This document shows, piece by piece, positions 52,495 to 64,000 of a stretch of DNA of 64,000 nucleotides. Source of the DNA: the human T2T-CHM13v2.0 reference genome, Homo sapiens; NCBI RefSeq assembly GCF_009914755.1, contig NC_060945.1. One strand, 5' to 3'. How positions within the stretch are numbered: position 1 is the first letter of the stretch; each line of letters starts with the position of its first letter. The notes under the pieces were generated by a model. That model saw nothing but the letters and a program-made list of their open reading frames with translations, did not search any database and had not been told where the DNA came from. The position numbers and the translations under genes are program-made.

Positions 52495-55371
52495 GGTGTT
52501 AGGAGGTGAACGTCAATGAATTATAAGGGGTAATTCTGCATGTCTGAATGGTCCCCACAATCGCAGACCTTCACATGCAATCAGGGATGGGTGGGACACA
52601 CTGAGTCCACCTGGTCAGTCCCATAGCAATTTGCTTCAAAGTAGCTCATTTTAACTAGGCACTCCAGTTTTGTTAGGAAGTCACTCCAATATTGTTAGAA
52701 AGGCTCTTTCTAATGTACTTTTACCCGGGGTTTGTCTCTAGTTGATAATGAGCCTGGAGCAATACTGGCTTCTTTTTCATCAATGCTGTTCTATTAAAAA
52801 CATCCCACATGTGACTCGTGACCCAACATAGACCAAAATACGTGGTTTGTCCTCTAACTAAATGAAGTAGCCATGAGATTTTGTCTGGGTCCGTGTGTGT
52901 GTACATGTGTATATGTAAATATGTAGAATAATATTAATCCTACTTAACAGGGATTTTAATTCCTGTTAAGAGGGGTTTTTTTTGTCTAGAGTTGTTTTTT
53001 TTTTTTTTTTTTCTAAAAAAATCAGGTGACTTGGCTAGAACCACACAGCTGTATGACAGAAGTATAACTTAGTCATCAGACTCCAAATTCCATATTCTTT
53101 GAGTCTGACTTAAAAAGAGAGCAGAGTCCAAAAAATCAGCTTTCATAAAAACATTGAAATGCCAATATTACCATTCCATAAATTGTGAACATCTATGACT
53201 TGTTTTTTGATGCTAACAGATCCTTGCTTACATTTCATTTTGACCTTCATAGGTTTGTATAAACCAAATGCAAATTGACCATTTCTACCTCTGCCTTCTA
53301 TGAGTTCCAAGTCTCCCTTAATAAAAAAGGCATCATTATCACTTGCCCATCCAATCATGCTGCTCAGGATCAGAACTGTCTACCATTCTTCTTCCTGAAA
53401 GAAGAGTTAGGTAAAGATAGGGCTAAGGGAGAATGAATACAGTTTTTTCTGTTTTTCAAATTATGGGTCTAAGCCTGTGTAAAAGTATATCATCTTTAAC
53501 CATGATCATATATAATTAAGCCATGAAGTACAAGCCATCTTGAGATTTGGACTTCCATCACTATTGTCTGTGCCTTTCTTTCTGCGCTAAAAAAAAAAAA
53601 AAAAAGAAAAAAATCCAATACCTACGCAATTCTTTAAAATTCCATGAATCCTTCCACATAGCAGGCTCTTCCCTGCCTTCTCCCTAGACAATTATACAAT
53701 GGTGATATTTACTTGCACAAATTTAATTGGATATTTCACTACATAGTCACTAAACCAATCAATTCAATTTATCCATCATGGATTGAGAGCATGCCATATG
53801 TAAGGAACAATCAGAGCCAATCATACTGGTTTGCAATCCGTGCAGTTTATAAGGCCCAGTGCTCAGAAAAGGTTCCTGTGTTTGGAGTTTTAAGTTCTTA
53901 ATACTTTTATCTTTGAATTTGTGGTTCGTTGATGAAGTCTGTAGGGAATGGAACATGTGCTGGGGTGCTGGGATGGGGTGTCAATTCACACACAGTCCCA
54001 CCTCTCATCTCCAGCCCACCTCCCCAGAACAGGTCTTTGGTTTTCAGCTCCCTCACTCAGTGACTGCTGCCACCTTCTTTCCCCAGCAGGAGCCTGAACA
54101 CAGGCATGGGAAAGGTCAAGATGGAACATCTACGAGGATCTAGACTCATCCAACAGATATTCCCATGCCCAAGAGCACATGACATTAATAGCAAACAAAA
54201 AGCATCATGACATGTCAAGAAAGCACGTTTTCCGTTTGCACTGGACTCTGCGAATTATGTAGCTGACCCTAGATAAAGCCCAACGTGTTCCATTGCCCTC
54301 CAGACTTCGTTGAGAGGATGTAAGTGGCAAAAAACACACATTCTCAGACCTTCAAGTTTCCATTAATATTTCAGGAGTTGGTCCTTAACCCCACACACTC
54401 ATCCACCACTCACTCCACCTTGTTTCTTCCCTTCACCACCAAGTTTCTTCAACAAGTAGGCTGTGCCCAGAATTTTGCCATCCTTTTACTCATTAATTTC
54501 TCAATTAATTGCAATTTCTGTTCTATCCCCATCATATAACTAAGGCTGCTCTCAATAAGTCACCAAGGATGTCCTTGTTGCCTGGTTACTAAATAGACCA
54601 TAGCATTATTTAACCCCTTTGAAGCATTTCACAACACAAACCCCCATCTCCTTATTGAATTTTAACTCCTAACCTCATCATTTTTCCTTGAAAATACATA
54701 ATTCCTTACAAATTACAACAGATCAAAAGTCTATATTTTCCACTTACCACTGAACTGGTCTTGCTGCAAAATATTCTCAAATATATTCCCAAACATATTA
54801 TTAAATTGGTCTCTTAAAGTTTGGTTATTTTATTATAAATATATCTTAATTAATATTTTGATAACAAATAAAACAAAATGACCAAACACTCAGATAATAA
54901 ACAAATCCTTGTTAAGTGTTATGTCACATTGCCTGGAGCATTTTGTACAATAATTTATTACCAAACATAAATGCTCAACACTATGTCACTAGGTTTGACA
55001 TCATGGCATAGTTTAAAGTTTATTAACTGTGGTGGAAACAGATGTTACCTGTTAAATACTTCTAACCTAGAAACATTATTATGCGTAGTATATAGAAAGG
55101 GCAGTATGACATGATACTAAGTACATTTTTTTCTTTATGGCTACTCACCAATGAATGCCAGCGATGTTAAGAACCTAAGTCAATAACCTATTGAGTCATT
55201 CTCTCATACCAGGAAAAATACCATCCAACAGAAAAATATATGTATGCTTAATTAATTAAGCAAGTCTTCAAAACTATTTTATATATATATTATATATATA
55301 TCTCAATCACATGGTTACATATAACACATGGTCTCAGTCACCAATTCATGGACACTTTGTGAATGCAGTGA

Positions 55372-55521
55372 AAATATATATATATATATATCTCAAATAT
55401 ATATATTCTATATATTATATATAGAATAGTAATATATAATATACATTATATATAGAATAGTAATATATAATATATATTATATATAGAATAGTAATATATA
55501 TATCAAATATATATATTTGAT
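55372..55521. repeat. AT-rich minisatellite (31-bp unit x ~3) with palindromic TA tracts
   Basis: ttatatatagaatagtaatatata repeated three times. Confidence 0.85.
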
Positions 55522-56519
55522 CCTTGTAAAAGTACTGTAAAAGGCAGCACAGTTATTTTAATTCCAGTTTTACAGAAAGGATAAAAATGAGACTGAATAA
55601 GAATGAGTTTTTCCTAAGGTCTCCCAGCTCCGAAGTGGCTCCATAACACCTTTCAGATCCACAGCTCACTCTTCTCTGGACCCATGTCTTGCAAGATGGT
55701 TTCCCAGCCTCTTACTGAAGACTTGTCATAAGAAAAAGATAACTAGTTCCCCCCAAAACATCATTCCATTAAAAAAATTTCCAGCTATCAGAGAAATCCC
55801 TATATGCTTCAGAGTCTCTCAACATTCAACAATGAATAGTTCCCAACGCACTTAGCATCTCTGTGGAACTATTGCCTGCACTGGGTGCCTCTTAAAGTAA
55901 TTTTCATGAATCTTGATGTACCATCCTTTCCTAATGGTCTCCCCTGTTCCCAGTTTCCAGCTGGTATGGCACGCTGATTGATGGCTGCAGATGAGCTGAT
56001 GTGACGTCTTCTAACCAAGCCTTTCAAGTTACCCAAATTCTGTGACTATTTGCAAGGGAAGCCTCAGACTGTCTCTGCTAATCTGACTCTTCCAGTAAAG
56101 ACCAGACCTCTGTCAATAAGATGGCATGTTATTGATGCCTTCTCCTTTTTTTGATCCCTCTGGTCATTTCTGCAATCATCCAGCAGTCTACCTCCCATTC
56201 ATCCTTCGAGGATGATCTTTTTGTCTCCTGGAACTTTCCACTCCCCATCATCTCTGACTTTGATGTTTCTTTTTTTATTTTTTTCCAAAGCACCCTCTCA
56301 TAACTATTAGAAATATTGTAACATCTGTATCATAACCTGCCAGTAAGGTGCTGGTAAATGCACTTACTGGGAAAAAGTAAATAAATAAATACTTCCATCT
56401 TAGCCAGTTTCAAACCACCAACATGATGTCACTGATTGTGGAGCTGAGACGAGATATACACAATTAGCCTTCACAAGCCAACACAGCTAGCTCTAGCATG
56501 CTGCTGCAAGGGAGGCATC

Positions 56520-56740
56520 TCAGTGTGGCACTTAAGAACATGGATTCTGGCTTCAACTCTGCCTCTGCCACTAATTAGCCCTAAAATCTTGGACAATTCA
56601 TTTCATTTGTCTGTGCCTCACTTTTCTCATCTTAAAACGAATATAATGATAGTACCTACGTCTTAGGGTTGTGAAGATTATTTGAGCTAATATCTGTAAA
56701 TCACTTAGAATAGCACCTAGCCAATAGTAAGTGCTATTTA
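56520..56740 (+). mobile_element. MIR
   Basis: MIR core ctgtgcctcacttttctcatctt...gggttgtgaagatta...cacttagaatagcacctagc. Confidence 0.8.
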
Positions 56741-56975
56741 AGAGGTTTTATTTTTAATATAAATTAGAATGTGTGATCTTGTTATCTCTCCCATACTTCA
56801 CAGGTGCAAACTTCTTGGAGTCTAGAACTTTATCTTATGCCATTAAATCTACAGCATCTAATAAAGTCATTATATAAAATTTTATAAATGTTTGATAAAT
56901 GACTATTGATAGTTCAGGATCTAGAACAGAGGTTGGTCCATAAAAGGTGAATTTTTGTCTTTCCTCATAGCATCA

Positions 56976-56977
<2 letters not shown>

Positions 56978-57012
<35 letters not shown>
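56978..57012. repeat. (CA)n microsatellite
   Basis: Directly visible. Confidence 0.95.
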
Positions 57013-57015
<3 letters not shown>

Positions 57016-57417
57016 TTATCTGCTCCCGACTTTGAAATTCTAATTTATTCTATTCTAGAAGATATCTCTCTACAATGTGGTCAGATTTCTAAAACTAACT
57101 GATAATATTTGATCTCTCTCTCCATTACAGAATTCTATGGCAAATCGTGTTATTTTTTCTGTTCTATATTCAGCATCATCATTCTTCTCAAGCCTCTGTA
57201 TTTGAAAATCACTTTTTGTTCATAGAATCCCAGAGGTTAGAGTAAAAAGAAACTTCAGAGGGCAGTTAGCTCTGCCCAGCTCCCGGATGCCAGGACTGCA
57301 TTCACAAAGTATCCATGAATTGGTGACTGAGACCACGCATTAGTATCTTTAGAGACAGGGTAGGCCATAAAATTATCAATCCGCTTTTCAGATGCAACTA
57401 ATTATTAAAGGAATTAC

Positions 57418-57740
57418 TTTTTATTTATTATTTTATTTTATTTTATTTTATTTTATTTTGAGACAGAGTCTTGCTCTGTCACCCAGGCTGGAGTGCAGTG
57501 GCACAATCTCAGCTCACTGCACCTCCACCTCCCAGGTTCAAGTGATTCTCCTGCCTCAGCCTCCTGAGTAGCTGGGACTACAGGCGCCCGCCACCATGCC
57601 TGGCCAATTTTTTGTATTTTTAGTAGAAACATTGTTTTTCACCATGTTAGCCAGGATGGTCTCGATCTCTTGACCTCATAATCCGCCCGCCTCGGCCTCC
57701 CAAAGCGCTGGGAATACAGGCCTGAGCCATTGCACCCGGC
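57418..57740 (-). mobile_element. AluS with (TTTTA)n tail
   Basis: Full antisense Alu; TSD-like aggaatt(a/t)ctt. Confidence 0.95.
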
Positions 57741-58454
57741 TAGAGGAATTTCTTATGTCAAGAAGTCTGACCCATTGAATCTTCTATTCATGAATTCTGA
57801 TTATGGTCTCTTGAATTGTACAAAGCAAATAGAAAACAGTTACCTTATAATCTTCAAATATACAACACCACAGGCAATGTTTCCTGCTCCAACTTTTAAA
57901 ATCATAAACACTATAAAACAGGGTTTTTTTTCCTAGTAAGGAAAAGTATCCACGCTTTTATTTTCAAATGCTAATGTTCAGCATATCTGATAATTTAATG
58001 CTAACTTCTTTCCTTGTACTTCCTATATCTTGCCTATTATTTTTATCTTTATGGACCCAATTATAGTTTGTTTTCTAAGCAGATCACTGTGACTAGCTCA
58101 CAAAATTGTTGTATATCTTCTCCGAGGTACAGAATATCATTATCACTGCTGTTCCCTAATGACAGTTAAATCACAGTTGAATATATACAGAAAAAGAGGG
58201 ATCACTCCAAGAGTTTGTTTTTCTTACAGTAAAGGGAATACCAAAGCTCAACAATATCGATTATCGATACTCAATACAAAGCCTTAAGTTCTCATTCATT
58301 TGTATAAATGTCTTATTAGTAAATCATGATTGGTAAACTTTGATAATTTTTATCCTCAAAAAAAGCCATCCTCCCAGCATTCTGCCAGAAGCCAATAATT
58401 TTTCTGCATTTGTTTATCACATTTCTTCTCTTTCAAGTAGTTTTATAATGTTGC

Positions 58455-58754
58455 TTTTTTTTTTTTTTTTTTGAGACAAAGTTTTGCTCTTGTTGCCAGG
58501 CTGCAGTGTAATGGCATGATCTCTGCTCACTGAAACCTCCACCCCACCGGGTTCAAGCAATTCTCCTGCCTCAGCCTCCCAAGTGGCTGAGATTACAGAC
58601 ATGTACGACCACGCCCGGCAAATTTTGTATTTTTAGTAGAGACAGGGTTTCTCCATGTTGGTCAGGCTGGTCTCAAACTCCCGACCTCAGGTGATCCGCC
58701 CGCCTCAGCCTCCCAAAGTGCTGGGATTACAGGCCTGAGCCACCACACACAGCC
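58455..58754 (-). mobile_element. AluSp/Sq-like
   Basis: Antisense Alu with TSD aatgttgct; aactcccgacctcaggtgatccgccc. Confidence 0.95.
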
Positions 58755-58841
58755 CAATGTTGCTATTTTTAATTAACTTTGTTGGTTGTTTTAACAAAAA
58801 ACCAATCTTATTAAATGCATACAATATACAAAATCGCACAC

Positions 58842-59050
58842 CATAGTCAACAGAGTTCTAAGACGGCCCTCATGATTCCTACCTACTGGTGTCCATGCTT
58901 TCGTGTAATTCCCTCACCTTGGGCATAACAGGCAGGACGTGTAACAGCCTTCTAACCAACCAAATGTAGTAGAAGAGATGGCATAGCACCCCCATGATAA
59001 TGTGACTTCACAGGGCAACAGTGAAGAAATTTTCAGTTAATGGTTTTACA
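58842..59050 (+). mobile_element. MLT1-like LTR fragment
   Basis: cagagttctaagacggccctcatgattcc...gtgtaattccctcaccttg...ttctaaccaa. Confidence 0.55.
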
Positions 59051-60377
59051 GGTGAGTAAAGTAAACACATGACTTAAGAAAAGAAGTTGCTTTTATCTGT
59101 TGTTTTATTGTTCATTTAGAATTTTGTATATAAAGCAAAGATTCATAGACAAGCCTTAATTTAAAACAAATAAATAGTATCCTGGGTATAACTTTGTTAT
59201 AATCTTCAACTGGTAGCTTTTTGTTTGTTTTCTGATAAAATCTATGTATTCCTTGAGTATAATTTCTTTTCTTGTTCATCTTATGCTCCCATTGCCTATT
59301 CATAGGCACCAACTGTACTCATAGGCTGTCATTAATTATTTGCTTAATTAAATTGAATTGAATTGAATCAGGTTGGATAAAAGAAAGTAATTCTTGCAGT
59401 AATGTCTTTGCTACATTAAACAAAAGAAAGACTGAACTCATAGAGAATCTTTATTAAGCTATTGTACAACATAAAAGGTCAGGAATTTCTGACCTAGAGC
59501 AATTGAAATGACACTCAAAAGAAGGAGAAGTTAGTCATAAGGAACACAAACAGAATTTGGCAAGACAATGTGTCTGGTAGTGAAGGAAAAGGAGGAGCAG
59601 ATGATGTTATATTTTCAGACCTTTTCAATTTGGCAATGGCGACACCATTTTAATACTTATCACTACTTTTCTTTATAGTTAAGTTGACTTCTGCTCTCTA
59701 CATGTAAGTTCTTTGGGATCAAGGAAAGATTCCCACAAAGTATTGTGAGAAAATGACCCAGTTTACATTACTTGGCAATAACAGTGATTAAAATGAGTAA
59801 TGAGAACTCTGATATTCATCTCCGCTAGGTATTACTCATTCAAGAGAAGCTCATAAAAGCAATGATCTAGTTAACAACTTTACACCTATGGCTAATGTTG
59901 CAACCACCACAATCCCTTATTATAAACACAGTTTATAGTCACGACGTAATTTATTTTCTCATCTTAGTATAACAGCAAGTGAGGTAATCATGACAATGTA
60001 TAAATGTGGGCCTGCCTGGCTAAGCATTCCTATTAGGAGTGACTCTACTAATTTCATATCAGACAGTTTCTCTCTCAGAAGCTTTAAATTACCAACAAAG
60101 TGTAATTGGTTAAATGTCTGGGAGGATGTAAATGTCAACAATAACTGGTCATTACTTTTTCTGAATTTTAGGAGAATTCCAAGGAAGCTGGTATGGGGGT
60201 GTGATCCCAATTTGTACAGAGCGGAAGCCCAAGGCAGGCCATGCCTATTGGCCTGAATCGTGCTGATGCTGATTTTAGAAAAGCAAGCAATGCTTCATAA
60301 GTACTGAGACTGTGTTTGGAACCACCAACGTTCTAAAATTAGGATGTAATGACAAACCATGTGTGATGTTTTGCTAG

Positions 60378-60754
<377 letters not shown>

Positions 60755-61633
60755 TTTTCAAGAGAACAGAACTACACTCACATACTGCATTTGATTTAGA
60801 AAGAAAAAGAAGACCATCTCAAAGAATACACAACTATGCCCCTACAGGTCATAGAAAGCATTGTATGTGCACCTGAGAATTAAAGTCCATAATAAGACCT
60901 ATAATAAAACAGGCAGCAAGAAGATTCATGACAATGCGATCTAAACTATTCATGATACGAGTTTGAATAATTCATTCAAACCTAACTTTTCTTTTCATTT
61001 TTTAAGACCTGAAATTCAGGAAATACACAAATAAATTGCAAAGCTACAATTTCATACATTTTGTCGGATATAATTTGATTCTGCCCAGATTTCATCTTCA
61101 AGAGAAGAAAGTTAATTGCTTTTTTACCTAAAATTATATGCAGAAAGCAGAACAAATTAATTTGTAAGACATCCTTGGCTTATATGATTAGTGAGTAAAT
61201 ACCTACCCACCAGAAGTAGTTTTAGAAATAAATTTTAAAGTTAAAAAATAGAATGTCTGAGTAGGAGAAACTAGGAGGAGGTAGAGATCGATTTAGATTA
61301 TTGCTTAATTTTTTAAAATTTATCTTGTAAGTAAACTAGTATAAACATTGTCAAAAATGTAAACAAAATCATTTTGGGATAGCCAGATCTCCTTAACAAT
61401 GAATAAAAAGAATAACCAAACAGCAGACTCAAATTGTTCAAGACTTTATGAAAATATTTAGGAAGCCAATTAAATGATTCGCCATGTCACAGAAAATGTA
61501 ATAAATAATTGCATTAGGAAATCCTCTAGGAATATAATAAATAATGCAATCTTTTTCACTCCTGTTGAATTTTGTGCTAGTATACTCAGTCAATGAGAAC
61601 TCAGCAGGTAACAATACTTTTGATTCCTTCTTA

Positions 61634-61753
61634 TTAGCTTATTATAAGAATTGAATAGAATGTTGTTTACCAAAAGTGTTTTATGTTAAAAATCAAAGGC
61701 AACACAATTTGCATCATTACAATACAAATTATCCATACATAAACTTATTTCAC
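61634..61753. repeat. 120-bp inverted duplication, left arm (right arm 63257-63376)
   Basis: Reverse complement of 63257-63376 matches at roughly 90% by eye. Confidence 0.9.
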
Positions 61754-62781
61754 AAAAATGCATTCAGTCCATATATCTATGCTGGACAGTGTCCTGGGCT
61801 GGAAATACAGTGGAGAAGAATAAACGAGGTGCAATCTCTGACCTCAAAGAGTTTCCAATTAAAAGAAGTGTTTCCAGATCTCTCATCTCTTAAGATCTCT
61901 TCTTGGCATCTCTCTCTGTCTTAAATGTCTCTACTATAAATAAATTGATACAATTTGGCAGATACATTCTTTTTAATAGCAGGAAATATTTTTATTTTCT
62001 TCCCTATGACACTAACAAGATTTCATCTCTCTGCCTAGGTTTACAAAGTTTTGACTATTACTTCAGGTAATAAATATCATAATATAGGTTCTTAGATGTG
62101 AAATAAATTGAAATAAGTACAAAACTATACCTCTCTTTGGCACCTAATATAATCCAATTCATAGAAACGTCTGTGTTTTTCACCAAGTTAAGCAGAAAAA
62201 TACTCAGACTATGCCTTCCCATGATTATACATCATACCTGAAACCTGAAAAAAATATTAGACAGTAATCCAGCTATTTCAAAGACTTGAATGTTTAGTTC
62301 CTATACACAAGTTCCTACATATTCTAACATTTTTAATTTTCAAATATTTATCATGGTCCAAAAAAAGAAAAAACCATCAATCAGACCACGTGATGTGATG
62401 GAGTAGCCACAGCACTCCATCTGATTAACCCTTCAGGCCATTGATTAATGCAACCAATCAAGTACCAGACCATTACATCTGATTAAGCACTCTCTGATTT
62501 TACTGGCAATTTAAGAACTCCAGCTTAATGCTTAGGAGGGAATCTAACGCATTAAATCTCATATATCTTTTTTTTTTCCAGGAGGAAAACTTCATTTGGT
62601 ATTCAGTCCACACTAGATAAATGGTGATCTATGGAGACTGAACTACTAAAGCAAATAGGCATGCAGACAATGAGTAAACAGAAGAGAAATGTCTTACAAA
62701 CACATAGGGTTTTAACCAGCGACTTTAATGTTGGGTCAAGTGTCCTTTCCACGAGCTCCTTTGGAACACAAATGATAACAA

Positions 62782-62935
62782 AGTCAATAATAACTATTTG
62801 TACAAAGTCTCCACTCCTTGCAATCTTGGGAAAGAAGTATTAACTTGAAAGAAGTAATAACTTTTGCACCAACATAATACGCCTTTCCCAGGATTACAAG
62901 GAGTGGAGACTTTGTTACAGTAGTTATTATTGACT
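62782..62935. other. 53-bp inverted repeat with a 48-nt spacer containing a MADE1-like terminus
   Basis: Arms 62782-62834 and 62883-62935 match at 47/53 ungapped; spacer contains acttttgcaccaacataata. Confidence 0.9.
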
Positions 62936-63256
62936 GTATTATTCAGTCTTCTTTTCAGATTTCTGCTCATCTCCTATGAATGTATCCCAGGAGTAGCATG
63001 AGGAACATGGGATTCTGTAGGAAACTGCCAGAGACCCAGGAAACGTGTGAACACAGGTGAAAGGAAAGAGAGGTGTGCCAAGGACTGAGGAAGAAGCAAA
63101 GAATCCTAACCCTGGATGTAGGAAACATCAACCCCTGGACATCAGAGATGGTCATACTCACAGAGAGTCTGTAATAACCTATGATACGTGAAAAAAAAGA
63201 AAAATGAGCTAGTTCACCAGCTGTCATAGATAGTGCAGAGAATCATCATACACTAA

Positions 63257-63376
63257 GTGAAATAAGTTTATGTATGGATAATTTTTATTGTAATGATGCA
63301 AAGTCTGTTGCCTTTGATTTTTAACATAAAAAACTTTTTCTAATAAACCTTCTATTCAATTCTTATAATAAGCTAA
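63257..63376. repeat. 120-bp inverted duplication, right arm
   Basis: Reverse complement of 61634-61753. Confidence 0.9.
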
Positions 63377-63799
63377 GGAAATGGGCAAGGTTGACCTTAT
63401 CCCATCTTACAAATGGGGAAACTGCATCTCAGTGAGTCTATATCATAAAAAAGATGGCTGGAGTTCAACACAGCTTTCTAATTTGCAATTCCATGGCTAT
63501 TTCACTATACAATTAAGTACTATGGAATTTTAGGTTCTTATTTTAATGCATTTTTAAAATATTAAAATAATAAATAATTCTTTGGGCTGCTTCCCCTAGA
63601 TGTTAATTTTAAGGAATTGTGTATTTTATTTTTAGTCTACTGTATAAAACCTAATATTCATTAAGTGAATATGAGAGAGAATAATTGAATGAATTAAAAT
63701 TGTAAAATATAAGACATATTACAGAATTATTTTAAACATATTTACATATGTATAAGCTGAACACTTTGTGAACCCCAATGCTAATATATCTTTTCCATA

Positions 63800-64000
63800 G
63801 TTATAAAAGAACATTCAATTTAAGAAGTGGGGCTGGGAAAATTGGTTATTCACATGCAAAAGAATGAAGTTGGATCCCTCCTCACTATATACAAATATTA
63901 ACTATAAATAGATCATCTTAAATATAAGAGCTAACATTATAAAACTCTTAGAAGAAAATATAGCAGTAATTTTTCACTTAGGCAAAGACTTCTTAGTTGT
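63800..64000 (+). mobile_element. Old L1M ORF2 fragment running off the window end
   Basis: gctgggaaaattggttattcacatgcaaaagaatgaagttggatccc...taaaactcttagaagaaaata. Confidence 0.8.

Noticed and set aside
52943-52970. 13-bp inverted repeat upstream of the 52.4-kb pseudogene
   Set aside because: Short, with a 2-nt loop; weak evidence of any function.

Overview
AT-rich human genomic DNA (it carries a human-specific AluYb8) that I recognise as part of the high glycine-tyrosine keratin-associated protein (KRTAP) cluster on chr21q22.1. All KRTAP units lie on the minus strand and are single-exon. Three have intact ORFs: KRTAP21-3 (7526-7702, 58 aa, not in the ORF track), KRTAP21-2 (36563-36814) and KRTAP21-1 (44751-44990). 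The most unusual element is at 30720-32234, probably KRTAP21-4P. It is a paralogue of KRTAP21-2 whose Gly-Tyr/Ser/Cys repeat has expanded to about 1.4 kb. The KAP reading frame stays open for 504 codons and keeps the family C-terminus, 3'UTR and polyA signal. Its start codon and promoter are missing, and it is fused to the middle of an old L1 ORF2 fragment. It lies in an old tandem duplication (about 27.4-32.2 kb vs 33.5-36.8 kb). Further decayed KRTAP21-like units sit at about 52.4 kb (clear), 23.7 kb (remnant) and possibly 59.9 kb, which suggests an eroded array with roughly 6-8 kb spacing. Several inverted duplications and hairpins in apparently unique sequence occur at 37.6, 46.7, 61.6/63.3 and 62.8 kb. 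The rest is Alu, L1, LTR, MER, MIR and microsatellite sequence. Repeat subfamily calls are by eye.
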